Assembly: GCA_946415695.1 (NCBI GenBank)
Contig: CAMKTM010000001.1
Coordinates: 1-34,891 of the forward strand
DNA from: an uncultured Prevotellaceae bacterium
Lineage (GTDB): Bacteria; Bacteroidota; Bacteroidia; Bacteroidales; Bacteroidaceae
DNA length: 34,891 bases
Direction of reading: 5' to 3'
In this document: positions 15,084 to 23,963 of the stretch, one piece after another
Layout: the number at the start of each line of letters is the position of its first letter
Numbering within the stretch: the first letter of the stretch is position 1
Notes under the pieces: model-generated
Database searches by the model: none
What the model was told of the DNA's origin: nothing
What the model saw: the letters and a program-made list of their open reading frames with translations, nothing else
Translations under genes and position numbers: made by a program

Positions 15084-17351
15084 ATGAAAAGACTCTGTTT
15101 GTTGCTGGCGTTTCTGTCCGGCACGTTAAGCATCGCAGCAGGCGACGCAAAGATGGATAAGTTTGTCAGTTCGCTGATGCAAAAGATGACGCTTCGCGAG
15201 AAGATAGGTCAGCTCAACCTCCAGCCCGCAGGCGACGTGACGACAGGCGGCGCGATGGACACCGAGGTGGGCGGCCTCGTGATGAACGGCGACCTGGGTG
15301 CCATCCTGAACCTCACGGGCAAGGACAAGATTCGCGCCATACAGGAAGTGGCCGTCAAGAAGAGCCGTCTGGGCATTCCCCTGCTCGTGGGGCTCGACGT
15401 CATTCACGGCTACCACACCATCTTCCCGGTGCCTTTGGCTCAGGCCTGCTCCTGGGACATCCCCGGCATTGAGGCCTGTGCCCGTATCGCTGCGGAGGAA
15501 TGTTCCACCGACGGCATCTCGTGGACCTATAGCCCGATGGTCGATGTCGCACTCGACGCCCGTTGGGGACGCATCATGGAGGGGAGCGGCGAAGACCCCT
15601 ACTTGGGAAGTCTCGTCGCAGCGGCTTTAGTGAGAGGCTATCAAGGCGACTTCAAGGAACGGCACAACATCCTGGCTTGCCTCAAGCACTATGCCCTCTA
15701 CGGCGCAGCAGAGGCCGGACGCGACTACAACACCGTGGACATGAGCCACCTCCGCATGTTCAACCAGTACTTCCCGCCCTACGAGGCAGCCGTAAAGGCA
15801 GGCGTCGGCAGCGTAATGACAAGCTTCAACATCGTTGACGGACAGCATGCCACCGCCAATCCTTGGCTGCTCGACGAGGTGCTGAGGAAGAAGTGGGGCT
15901 TCGGAGGATTCGTCGTGACGGACTATGCCAGCATCAATGAAATGACGACTTGGGGCTTCGGACAGCAGAAAGAGAACGGCATCAACGCCCTCAAGGCAGG
16001 CACCGACATGGACATGTGCTCGCAGGCTTTCCTCAAACACTGCGAGACGGCCGTCAAGGAAGGGCTTTTGACAGAGCAGGACATCGACCAGGCATGCCGC
16101 CGAGTGCTCGAGGCAAAATACCGTCTCGGCCTCTTCAAGGACCCCTACAAGCATTGCTACATGAGCGACCAGGAGCAGGCTAAGCACCTCTTCACACCTG
16201 CCCACCGGCAAACGGCCCGCGACTTCGCTGCCGAAACATTTGTCCTGCTGAAAAACGAAGGCAATATCCTTCCCCTCAGGAAGCAAGGCAAAATAGCCCT
16301 CGTCGGCCCTAATGCCGACACGACCGACGGCTTGCTCGGCTCGTGGTGCGTTGTGCGTCCGGCAAAGGATGCCTATCCCTCGCTGCTGCAAGCTATGAAG
16401 GAATGCGTGAAGGATAATGCGGAGGTGCTCTTTGCCCAGGGCTGCAATCTCAGCGACAACGAACGCCAAGACAATGCCGGAATGGCAAATGCACCCTACC
16501 GCACTGTGCCTAAAGTCGAGCCGAATCAAGCGTTTGCAGAAGCCATGGAGGTGGCTGCCGCTGCCGATGTCATTGTCTTTGCCGGAGGCGAAGGCGCTGA
16601 ATGGAGCGGCGAGAGCCACAGCCGCGCCGACCTCGACTTGCCTGATTGCCAAAAGAAGCTCCTTGCTGCCTTGAAGCAGCTGGGCAAGCCTCTTGTCTTC
16701 CTCAATTTCTCCGGCCGCCCCACCGCAATGGGATGGGAGAAGGCTCATCTGCCTGCCATTATGAACGTCTGGTTTGGCGGCACAGAGGCTGGCCATGCCA
16801 TCTGCGACGTGCTCTTCGGCGACAAGGTTCCTTCAGGGCACCTCACGGCAAGCATTCCACAGACAACCGGGCAGGAGCCGCTCTATTACAACCACTTGAA
16901 CACGGGACGTCCCGTCGGCAACGACGAGCAAAGCTTCCGCCAGTATCAGAGCAACTACTTCGAGGTGAGCAACGGCCCCGCCTTTCCTTTCGGCTTTGGC
17001 TTGTCCTACACGACGTTCAAGTACGGCGAGATGGCTGTCAGCCAGGAGGAACGAAGCGTGACGGTCTCCGTCGCTGTCACCAATACGGGCAACTACGATG
17101 CTGCGGAAGTGGTGCAGTGCTACATTCGCGACGTTGCCTGCCGGTACAGTCGCCCCGTCAAGGAGCTGAAGGGCTTCGAGCGCATCGTGCTTCGAAAGGG
17201 CGAGACAAAGACAGTCAGCTTTCGCCTCACGGAACAGGAACTCGGCTCGTACGATGCGGAGGGCAACTTCTTCTTCGAGCCAGGCGAATTCGACATCATG
17301 CTTGGCCCTAACAGCCGCGACGTGCAGCGTAAGACAATAATTCACACTTAA
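15084..17351 (+). CDS. bglX: glycoside hydrolase family 3 beta-glucosidase
   Basis: Has a signal peptide. GH3 blocks: GIPLLVGLDVIHG, KHYALYGAAEAGRDYN and GFGGFVVTDY (nucleophile region). The C-terminal fibronectin-like region includes VKELKGFERI. Confidence 0.9.
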   Translation: MKRLCLLLAFLSGTLSIAAGDAKMDKFVSSLMQKMTLREKIGQLNLQPAGDVTTGGAMDTEVGGLVMNGDLGAILNLTGKDKIRAIQEVAVKKSRLGIPLLVGLDVIHGYHTIFPVPLAQACSWDIPGIEACARIAAEECSTDGISWTYSPMVDVALDARWGRIMEGSGEDPYLGSLVAAALVRGYQGDFKERHNILACLKHYALYGAAEAGRDYNTVDMSHLRMFNQYFPPYEAAVKAGVGSVMTSFNIVDGQHATANPWLLDEVLRKKWGFGGFVVTDYASINEMTTWGFGQQKENGINALKAGTDMDMCSQAFLKHCETAVKEGLLTEQDIDQACRRVLEAKYRLGLFKDPYKHCYMSDQEQAKHLFTPAHRQTARDFAAETFVLLKNEGNILPLRKQGKIALVGPNADTTDGLLGSWCVVRPAKDAYPSLLQAMKECVKDNAEVLFAQGCNLSDNERQDNAGMANAPYRTVPKVEPNQAFAEAMEVAAAADVIVFAGGEGAEWSGESHSRADLDLPDCQKKLLAALKQLGKPLVFLNFSGRPTAMGWEKAHLPAIMNVWFGGTEAGHAICDVLFGDKVPSGHLTASIPQTTGQEPLYYNHLNTGRPVGNDEQSFRQYQSNYFEVSNGPAFPFGFGLSYTTFKYGEMAVSQEERSVTVSVAVTNTGNYDAAEVVQCYIRDVACRYSRPVKELKGFERIVLRKGETKTVSFRLTEQELGSYDAEGNFFFEPGEFDIMLGPNSRDVQRKTIIHT

Positions 17352-17369
17352 AACACTTAACAAAGCAAC

Positions 17370-18128
17370 ATGATGAAGTATGTAAGTTGGAATGTCAACG
17401 GCCTTCGTGCTGTTGTGGGGAAGAACTTCAAGGATGTTTTTGCCCAGCTTGATGCGGACTTCTTCTGTCTTCAGGAGACGAAGATGCAGGCCGGGCAGCT
17501 CGACTTGAGCTTCCCCGGATACCAGTCCTTTTGGAATTATGCCGAGAAGAAAGGTTACTCAGGCACAGCCGTCTTCACGCGCCATACGCCGCTTGCCGTC
17601 TCCTACGGCATGGGCATCGAGGAGCACGACCACGAGGGGCGCGTCATTACGCTCGAGATGTCCGACCATTACCTTGTCTGCGTCTATACGCCCAACAGCC
17701 AGGACGGCCTTCTGCGCCTCGACTACCGTATGCGGTGGGAAGATGCTTTTCGCGCCTATCTCCTTGCGCTCGACGAGAAGAAGCCTGTCATCGTCTGCGG
17801 CGACATGAATGTGGCGCACGAGGAGATTGACCTGAAGAACCCGGCCACGAACCGCCGGAATGCAGGCTTCACCGACGAGGAGCGCGAGAAGATGACGCAA
17901 CTGCTCCGCAGCGGTTTCGTCGATTCTTTCCGCCACTTCTATCCCGATGCTACTGGCCGCTACAGTTGGTGGAGCTATCGCTTCCATGCGAGGGAGAAGA
18001 ACGTGGGCTGGCGCATCGACTATTTCCTGGTGTCCGAGCGCCTGCTGCCGCATTTGGCGTCGGCCGACATTCATGCCGACATCATGGGCAGCGACCATTG
18101 CCCCGTCTCTGTGGAAGTCACAATATAA
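17370..18128 (+). CDS. xth: exodeoxyribonuclease III
   Basis: MKYVSWNVNGLRA, FFCLQETK, IVCGDMNVAHEEIDL and IDYFLVS...GSDHCPV are classic ExoIII/AP-endonuclease motifs. Confidence 0.92.
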   Translation: MMKYVSWNVNGLRAVVGKNFKDVFAQLDADFFCLQETKMQAGQLDLSFPGYQSFWNYAEKKGYSGTAVFTRHTPLAVSYGMGIEEHDHEGRVITLEMSDHYLVCVYTPNSQDGLLRLDYRMRWEDAFRAYLLALDEKKPVIVCGDMNVAHEEIDLKNPATNRRNAGFTDEEREKMTQLLRSGFVDSFRHFYPDATGRYSWWSYRFHAREKNVGWRIDYFLVSERLLPHLASADIHADIMGSDHCPVSVEVTI

Positions 18129-18154
18129 ATGAAGAATGAAGAATGAAGAGGGAA

Positions 18155-18260
18155 AATGAAGAATGAAGAATGAAGAATGCTGCGCCTGAAACCATAGCAT
18201 TCTTAATTCTTAATTGTCTATAGCTTCAGGCGCAGCATTCTTCATTCTTCATTCTTCATT
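18155..18260. terminator. 36-bp perfect inverted repeat (34-nt loop) between convergent xth and rhaD; likely a bidirectional terminator
   Basis: The left arm aatgaagaatgaagaatgaagaatgctgcgcctgaa (18155-18190) is the exact reverse complement of ttcaggcgcagcattcttcattcttcattcttcatt (18225-18260). Confidence 0.75.
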
Positions 18261-18271
18261 CTTCTTTTTCT

Positions 18272-19102
18272 TCATTTCCCTCCTTCCCTTTTCTTCGGCA
18301 GTTTGAACACTTCCTGCACTTCCTTCATTGCCGTGTCTGTCATGCCTTCGGGCTCGCTTCCCATCGACTTGGCGCACATGTAGATGTTGGCAGCTTTGCA
18401 GAGGACATCCGTCTGGTCGAAGGCTTCCATGATGTCGGGGCCAACAGAAACGGTGCCGTGCTTCTCCCAGAGTACGACGTCGTAGTCCTTGATAAGCTTC
18501 AGCGTGGCGTCGGCCAGCCGGACGGAGCCTGGCAGGGTGTAGGGCACGATGCCGATGCCGAGCGGTGCAAAGGCGAGCGTTTCGGGTATCATGGACCAAA
18601 GGACATGCGTCATCTCGCCAGGCTGCAGGAAGCGCGGGATGTGGCTCATTGCCACCAGCTCGATGGGGTGCGTGTGGAGTGTGGCTTTGTAGTTGGAGCC
18701 CGAGGCGATGAGGTAGTCCTGCAGGGCCAAGTGGCTGGGCAGTTCGCTGGTTGGCATGACGGGCAGGTCGGCCACGATTTCGTAGCTCTGGCAGTCGTCG
18801 CAGATGCGGATGATGGCACCGTTCTCCATCGGTTTCCTTGCCAGGTCGCGCATCCGCCGCCCCGTTCCTTTAGCATAAAAGAACTGCCCCTTCAGGTTCG
18901 GCAGCACTTTTCCTATCTGTTTTGCGGGAGCGATGGCTGTCAGGCTGCGGCAGGCCTCGTCCATCAGTTCTGTGACGTTCACGGTGATGTTGCCGCCGTT
19001 GCGCTCGGCCCAACCCTTCTGCCAAAGGTAGCCAGCCACTTCGGCCACTTGTTCTATTACGGCCGTCAGTTCCGGGCGGCCCTTCAATATCGATTCGTTC
19101 AT
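18272..19102 (-). CDS. rhaD: rhamnulose-1-phosphate aldolase (class II aldolase family)
   Basis: The start is placed at the internal Met MNESILKG (cat at 19100-19102). QKGWAERNGGNITVN, PTSELPSHLA, HTHP and VLWEKHGTVSVGPDIMEAFDQTD parallel the E. coli RhaD blocks KGWDERNGGN, PTSELPAH and VLWPFHG. Confidence 0.8.
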   Translation of the reverse strand: MNESILKGRPELTAVIEQVAEVAGYLWQKGWAERNGGNITVNVTELMDEACRSLTAIAPAKQIGKVLPNLKGQFFYAKGTGRRMRDLARKPMENGAIIRICDDCQSYEIVADLPVMPTSELPSHLALQDYLIASGSNYKATLHTHPIELVAMSHIPRFLQPGEMTHVLWSMIPETLAFAPLGIGIVPYTLPGSVRLADATLKLIKDYDVVLWEKHGTVSVGPDIMEAFDQTDVLCKAANIYMCAKSMGSEPEGMTDTAMKEVQEVFKLPKKREGGK

Positions 19103-19131
19103 TGCTTCTGACTTTTTTGCTATTACTGGTG

Positions 19132-19139
19132 CAAAGGTA
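19132..19139 (-). promoter_or_regulatory. candidate -7 box (TACCTTTG on the minus strand) for rhaD
   Basis: Plus-strand caaaggta lies 30 nt upstream of the ATG at 19102. Confidence 0.45.
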
Positions 19140-19356
19140 CGAAGATTAATCCGAAAAACAAAACGCGACATTCAGAATTATTCGGGATGGCAGTGCGGAC
19201 AGGTCATTCGTCCCAGCGTCGAAACGTGATATGCCACGCCATGTCTTTTGCTGCATTGTGACCCAGCAAACAATGCCCTCTGCCGTTCTTTGTGCCACAA
19301 TGTGCCAACTTGCATCTTTCTTTGTGCAGAATGACGGATTATTCAATAAAATGTTG

Positions 19357-19364
19357 TAACTTTG
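19357..19364 (+). promoter_or_regulatory. candidate -7 box TAACTTTG for ccsB/ccsA
   Basis: Exact TAnnTTTG match 26 nt upstream of the ATG at 19390. Confidence 0.45.
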
Positions 19365-19389
19365 TCGCGATATTTGTGTGCGAACGTCA

Positions 19390-20331
19390 ATGAAGAAGCC
19401 GTACAAACCTCTGGGAATGGCTGCGGGCGGCATTGTCTGCCTCGTCCTGATGGCAGTGGGAGCGATGCTGCAATATGCGGTCGGCCCTGTCCGATGGGAC
19501 ATGCTGGCTTGGCCCGTCAACGCGATGCTGCTGCTCGTCCTGCTGCTGGGGCTTGCCCTGATGCACCTGTTGCGGGGCAACGTCCGCTTCTTCCGCTGGA
19601 TGAGCTCGCTGCAGGCCGCAGTGCCAGCCATGGTGATGTGTGCCATGATGACCATGCTTCTGGGCGTGACGCGGCAGGTGCCTTCGGGACATCCGGCGAC
19701 CGACCCCTTTGGCATCACTGCGATGCTCTCTTTCTGGCCCTTCGTGCTTGCATATCTTTGGCTCACCACGCTCGTCGGCATGGTGTGCCTGACCAGACTT
19801 CGCCCCGCTTGGCAGAACGTTCCCTTCCTGCTCAATCACTTAGGCCTCTTCATCGCTCTGGTGGCTGGAGCGCTTGGCAGTGCCGATGTTCAGACCCTCC
19901 GCATGATGGTTCAGGAAGGCAAGGCCGAAAACCGTGCCGTCAGCCGCCAGCACAGGGTGCACGAATTGCCGTTCAGCATAAAGCTCCATGACTTTTCCAT
20001 CGAAGAGCGTCCGGCGCTCAGCTACATGTCCGACGTGACCGTCGAGACGAAGAGCGGCGAAACGCTTCGCGACACGATTCGCGTCAACAAGCCTCTCTCC
20101 GTGCGAGGCTGGAAGATATATCAATACAGTTACGACCAGTCGCAAGGGGCAGTGAGCGACATCAGCATCTTCGAGTTGGTGCGCGACCCGTGGCTGCCCT
20201 TCGTTTATTTGGGCATCTTTATGATGCTGGCAGGGGCAGGTTATCTCTTCTTTCAGTCAGGCAGTCTCCTGAAGAAGGAACGGCGGGATGCCGTCATAAC
20301 GAAACAACGTCATAACGTCATAACGAAATAA
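19390..20331 (+). CDS. short ResB/CcsB-like cytochrome c biogenesis membrane protein
   Basis: The ATG at 19390 is preferred over the tracked GTG at 19378. It has several N-terminal TM segments, a ResB-like C-terminal block NKPLSVRGWKIYQYSYD followed by a last TM, and sits immediately upstream of ccsA. Confidence 0.65.
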   Translation: MKKPYKPLGMAAGGIVCLVLMAVGAMLQYAVGPVRWDMLAWPVNAMLLLVLLLGLALMHLLRGNVRFFRWMSSLQAAVPAMVMCAMMTMLLGVTRQVPSGHPATDPFGITAMLSFWPFVLAYLWLTTLVGMVCLTRLRPAWQNVPFLLNHLGLFIALVAGALGSADVQTLRMMVQEGKAENRAVSRQHRVHELPFSIKLHDFSIEERPALSYMSDVTVETKSGETLRDTIRVNKPLSVRGWKIYQYSYDQSQGAVSDISIFELVRDPWLPFVYLGIFMMLAGAGYLFFQSGSLLKKERRDAVITKQRHNVITK

Positions 20332-20332
20332 A
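20293..20332 (+). repeat. 8-nt periodic tract, 5 units (gtcataac gaaacaac gtcataac gtcataac gaaataaa)
   Basis: Read directly. It encodes the last residues of the CcsB-like protein (VITKQRHNVITK) and supplies its stop codon (20329-20331). Confidence 0.9.
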
Positions 20333-20343
20333 CATCATCCACG

Positions 20344-21114
20344 ATGGACAACTGGAACGACTTTTGGCTCTTTGCTGTGTCGGCGTTGATATGTTGGGCA
20401 GTTGCGGCTCTGTTTTCGCTTCGTGGCGGAAGGAGGGGCTTTGTCTGCTTGCTGACCACAGTCGGCCTGCTCATCTTCGGAAGCTACATCGCTCTGATGT
20501 GGCTCTCGCTGGAGCGTCCGCCCCTCCGGACGATGGGAGAGACGCGGCTCTGGTATTCCTTCTTCTTGCCCCTTGTCGGCCTGATAACCTACAGCCGATG
20601 GCACTATCGCTGGGTGCTCTCGTTCAGCACTCTGCTCAGCGCTGTCTTCATCTGCATCAACATCACGCGACCCGAGATACACGACAAGATGCTGATGCCA
20701 GCCCTGCAAAGCCCGTGGTTCGCTCCTCACGTCATCATCTATATGTTCGCATACGCCACGACGGGCGTTGCCGCGCTGCTGTCGCTCTGGCAACTCTGCA
20801 AGAAGCAGGATCACTTGCCTGCCATCGACAACCTGACGCGCGTCGGCCTCTCGTTCCTGACCATCGGCATGCTCTTCGGCGCCCTTTGGGCAAAGGAAGC
20901 CTGGGGCACATACTGGTCGTGGGACCCGAAGGAGACGTGGGCGGCTGCCACATGGCTCTGCTACCTTATCTATGTACACCAGCGCAGATGCTGCCCCGCA
21001 AGCGTGAACGCAGCCCTCGCATGGCAAATCGTTTGCTTCCTTTGCCTGCAAATGTGCTGGTGGGGCATCAACTATCTGCCTTCGGCACAAGGCGTCAGTG
21101 TACACACTTATTAA
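20344..21114 (+). CDS. ccsA: cytochrome c biogenesis protein CcsA (heme-handling, system II)
   Basis: Multi-pass membrane protein with the tryptophan-rich WWD-type motif WAKEAWGTYWSWDPKETWAAATW. Confidence 0.85.
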   Translation: MDNWNDFWLFAVSALICWAVAALFSLRGGRRGFVCLLTTVGLLIFGSYIALMWLSLERPPLRTMGETRLWYSFFLPLVGLITYSRWHYRWVLSFSTLLSAVFICINITRPEIHDKMLMPALQSPWFAPHVIIYMFAYATTGVAALLSLWQLCKKQDHLPAIDNLTRVGLSFLTIGMLFGALWAKEAWGTYWSWDPKETWAAATWLCYLIYVHQRRCCPASVNAALAWQIVCFLCLQMCWWGINYLPSAQGVSVHTY

Positions 21115-21141
21115 ACGATAACTATTGAAAAAGGAAAAAAT

Positions 21142-22494
21142 ATGAAGAGAAAGTTTCTGACCTTTATGGCAGTCGCCTTTGCCGTGGCTGCCTCAGCACA
21201 AGAAAAGGCGGCACACGACTATGGCGACTTCACCGTCGATGCACAGGTGCGGGCGCTCGGCGAGTTCCGCGGCGGACTTGGCAATTTGAGCGATGGCAGT
21301 TCGGCATCCAAACTGTTCGTCAACGACCGCGTGCGCCTCTCCTTCGGATGGGAACGTAAAAACATCAGCATGAAGATTTCGGCGCAACATACCGGCAACT
21401 GGCAGAACAGTTCGCAGAAGAACAATTTGGGCAAGATCACTCTCCACGAGGCGTGGGCCAAAATGGTCTTCGGCAAAGGCTTCTTCGCACAAGTCGGCCG
21501 GCAGGAACTCTGCTACGACGACGAACGTCTGTTCGGCGCCCACGACTGGGCAGCCTCGGGGCGTGCCCACGATGCCCTGCGCGTGGGCTGGGGAAACAAC
21601 AAGCATCAGATTCATGCCATCGCAAGCTTCAACCAGACGGCAGATGTGGTGGACGACATAACCATCGGCTCCGCTGCTTCAAACACAAGGCTCTATAAGA
21701 ACATGCAGACGCTCTGGTACCACTTCGGCAAGGAACAGTCTCCCTTCCAACTCAGTGCGCTCTTCACGAACCAAGGTGCGAGCGACGTGAAGGAAGACAG
21801 CCTCCGATATATGCAGACGTTCGGCGTGTATATGTCATACGCAAAGCGTAGCCTGTCCGTCGACTTCTCTGCTTACTATCAGCTGGGTCGCGACCGCACG
21901 GGGGCTGACCTAAGGGCGTTCATGATGAGCGGCAACTTCGGCTGGCGGTTCGCACCAAAGTGGAATGCCGTCATTGGTGACGACTACCTCAGTGGCAGCG
22001 ATGGCATGCCCGGCACGAACCGGACGTTCAATCCCCTCTACGGCTCGTATCACAAGTTCTTCGGCTCGATGGATTACTTCGCCTACAGTGCCGTTCCTCT
22101 CTACGGCCTCAACGACCTCCATCTGCGTTTTGCCTACAACTGCAACCCGAAGCTCGACATGAGCCTGGCTTACCATTGGCTCACAACAGGACGCCCCATC
22201 AACGACTACCTCAACGACGACGGGCCACGCCTCAGAGACCCCGAGCTCATCAAAAAGATGAGAAAATACAATGGCAAGTACCGCTTTACGCAAAGCCTCG
22301 GCCACGAACTCGATTTGCAGATCAACTACCGCCCTTGGAAGTTTGTCGCCATTCAGGCTGGCTACAGCATGATGCTTACCACGGAGACAACGCAGCTCAT
22401 CAAGGGCACTGAACTGAAGAAAGTGCAGAACTGGGCTTGGCTCTGTCTCGACATCAACCCCACCGTGTTCTCTACCAAAAGATGGAAAAAGTGA
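21142..22494 (+). CDS. outer-membrane beta-barrel porin (alginate-export/AlgE-like family)
   Basis: Signal peptide MKRKFLTFMAVAFAVAASAQ. The 450-aa sequence shows alternating amphipathic strands rich in Y/W/G. My recollection of the Alginate_exp family supports the call, but it is not verified. Confidence 0.6.
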   Translation: MKRKFLTFMAVAFAVAASAQEKAAHDYGDFTVDAQVRALGEFRGGLGNLSDGSSASKLFVNDRVRLSFGWERKNISMKISAQHTGNWQNSSQKNNLGKITLHEAWAKMVFGKGFFAQVGRQELCYDDERLFGAHDWAASGRAHDALRVGWGNNKHQIHAIASFNQTADVVDDITIGSAASNTRLYKNMQTLWYHFGKEQSPFQLSALFTNQGASDVKEDSLRYMQTFGVYMSYAKRSLSVDFSAYYQLGRDRTGADLRAFMMSGNFGWRFAPKWNAVIGDDYLSGSDGMPGTNRTFNPLYGSYHKFFGSMDYFAYSAVPLYGLNDLHLRFAYNCNPKLDMSLAYHWLTTGRPINDYLNDDGPRLRDPELIKKMRKYNGKYRFTQSLGHELDLQINYRPWKFVAIQAGYSMMLTTETTQLIKGTELKKVQNWAWLCLDINPTVFSTKRWKK

Positions 22495-22516
22495 AAAGGA
22501 GAAAAGTGCACAATAA

Positions 22517-22586
22517 GGGGCAAGGAGCAAGGGGCAAGGGGCAAGAGAATACCAACTGCCAGAGCAATCCTCCTGCTCCTTGCCCC
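22517..22586. repeat. GGGGCAAGGAGCAAGG hairpin element, copy 1
   Basis: ggggcaaggagca (22517-22529) pairs with tgctccttgcccc (22574-22586). Its sequence ggggcaaggagcaagg...gcaagagaaTaccaac...atcctcctgctccTtgcccc is colinear with the copy at 30895-30970. Confidence 0.8.
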
Positions 22587-22624
22587 ATAAAAGGGAGGTT
22601 TAGAGAGGGCCTTGGTGAGAACTG

Positions 22625-22668
22625 TTAAATGGTAAATGAAAGATGATTAAATGGTAAACGAAAGATGA
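22625..22668 (+). repeat. 22-nt tandem duplication spanning the rfbA start codon
   Basis: ttaaatggtaaatgaaagatga (22625-22646) and ttaaatggtaaacgaaagatga (22647-22668) differ at one position. Confidence 0.9.
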
Positions 22669-23573
22669 AAGGAATCGTGTTAGCAGGGGGCTCAGGCACC
22701 CGTCTTTATCCCATTACGAAAGGCATCAGCAAACAACTCATGCCTATCTACGACAAACCAATGATTTACTATCCCATCAGCGTGTTGATGCTGGCGGGGA
22801 TACGTGATATACTTGTCATCTCTACGCCATTCGACCTGCCTGGCTTCAAGCGTCTGCTTGGCGACGGCAGCGACTACGGTGTGCGCTTCACTTACGCCGA
22901 ACAGCCTTCGCCCGACGGATTGGCGCAAGCCTTCACCATCGGAGCCGACTTCATCGGCGACGATTGCGCCTGCCTCGTCCTGGGCGACAATATCTTCCAG
23001 GGCAACGGTTTCAGCGCCATGCTCCGCGAAGCTGTCCGCACGGCCGAGGAAGAGAAGAAGGCAACCGTCTTCGGCTACTGGGTGAACGACCCCGAGCGCT
23101 ACGGCGTGGCAGAATTCGACAAGCAGGGCAACTGCCTCTCCATCGAGGAGAAGCCCACCAATCCCAAGAGCAACTATGCCGTAGTGGGCCTCTACTTCTA
23201 TCCCAACAAAGTGATCGATGTGGCAAAAAACATCAAGCCGAGCGCCCGCGGTGAGTACGAGATAACCGCCGTCAACCAGCGCTTCCTTGCCGACGGCGAA
23301 CTGAAGGTGCAGACGCTTGGCCGCGGCTTTGCCTGGCTCGACACGGGCACCTTCGACTCCCTCTCCGAGGCGTCCACCTACATCGAGGTGCTCGAGAAGC
23401 GTCAGGGACTGAAGGTCGGCTGCCTGGAAGGCATTGCCTATCGCAAAGGCTGGATTGACGAGGAGCGGATGCGCCAACTGGCACAGCCCATGCTCAAGAA
23501 CCAGTACGGGCAGTACCTGCTCAAGGTCATCGACGACGTGAAACGCTTCGGTACAGGAAGCTCAGATCTGTAG
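22665..23573 (+). CDS. rfbA: glucose-1-phosphate thymidylyltransferase
   Basis: [43 protein letters not shown] and [10 protein letters not shown]-type blocks are characteristic of RmlA/RfbA. Confidence 0.93.
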   Translation: MKGIVLAGGSGTRLYPITKGISKQLMPIYDKPMIYYPISVLMLAGIRDILVISTPFDLPGFKRLLGDGSDYGVRFTYAEQPSPDGLAQAFTIGADFIGDDCACLVLGDNIFQGNGFSAMLREAVRTAEEEKKATVFGYWVNDPERYGVAEFDKQGNCLSIEEKPTNPKSNYAVVGLYFYPNKVIDVAKNIKPSARGEYEITAVNQRFLADGELKVQTLGRGFAWLDTGTFDSLSEASTYIEVLEKRQGLKVGCLEGIAYRKGWIDEERMRQLAQPMLKNQYGQYLLKVIDDVKRFGTGSSDL

Positions 23574-23600
23574 GGTGCGAGCCCTGACAAAGCGAGGGTC

Positions 23601-23672
23601 GCTTGTTGCATGGTCGTGACCATGCAATTGCAAGTACATGACCATGCAATTGCTTCTACATGTACAAGCAAT
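23601..23672. repeat. composite palindromic repeat (GTACATG / GCAATTGC family), copy 2
   Basis: ttgcatggtc-gt-gaccatgcaa is followed by gcaattgcaagtacatgaccat (23624-23645) and gcaattgcttctacatgtacaagca. Confidence 0.85.
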
Positions 23673-23760
23673 AAAACACCAATGCGAGACTGTCGAACAA
23701 CGAGCGGACTATCGGGGGCTTTGACCTGATTAACGACAACGGATTCAACGGAGATATATA

Positions 23761-23828
23761 AAACCACGAATTGCACGAATTAGCTACGCCCTCTGTCGGC
23801 AGTAAGTAATTCGTGCAATTCGTGGTTT
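23761..23828. repeat. 22-bp perfect inverted repeat with a 24-nt loop
   Basis: aaaccacgaattgcacgaatta (23761-23782) is the exact reverse complement of taattcgtgcaattcgtggttt (23807-23828). It lies in the 390-nt non-coding gap between convergent rfbA and the beta-helix gene. Confidence 0.9.
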
Positions 23829-23963
23829 AATGAAAAGTTATTCGAGGTCTATTTCAAGCCTTGAACAGCAAAAGAACTAATCCGTGAAATCTGTGTAATC
23901 CGTTGTTGTGTCAGATGAATTGTTTGGCGCATCCTTCTCCGTCCTGTGGCATGGAGAAGCACG

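Noticed and set aside
19231-19359. 42-aa Cys-containing ORF (MPRHVFCCIVTQQ...) in the rhaD/ccsB divergent spacer.
   Set aside because: It has no motif and no supporting context, and it overlaps the candidate -7 box of ccsB at its 3' end. It is probably fortuitous.
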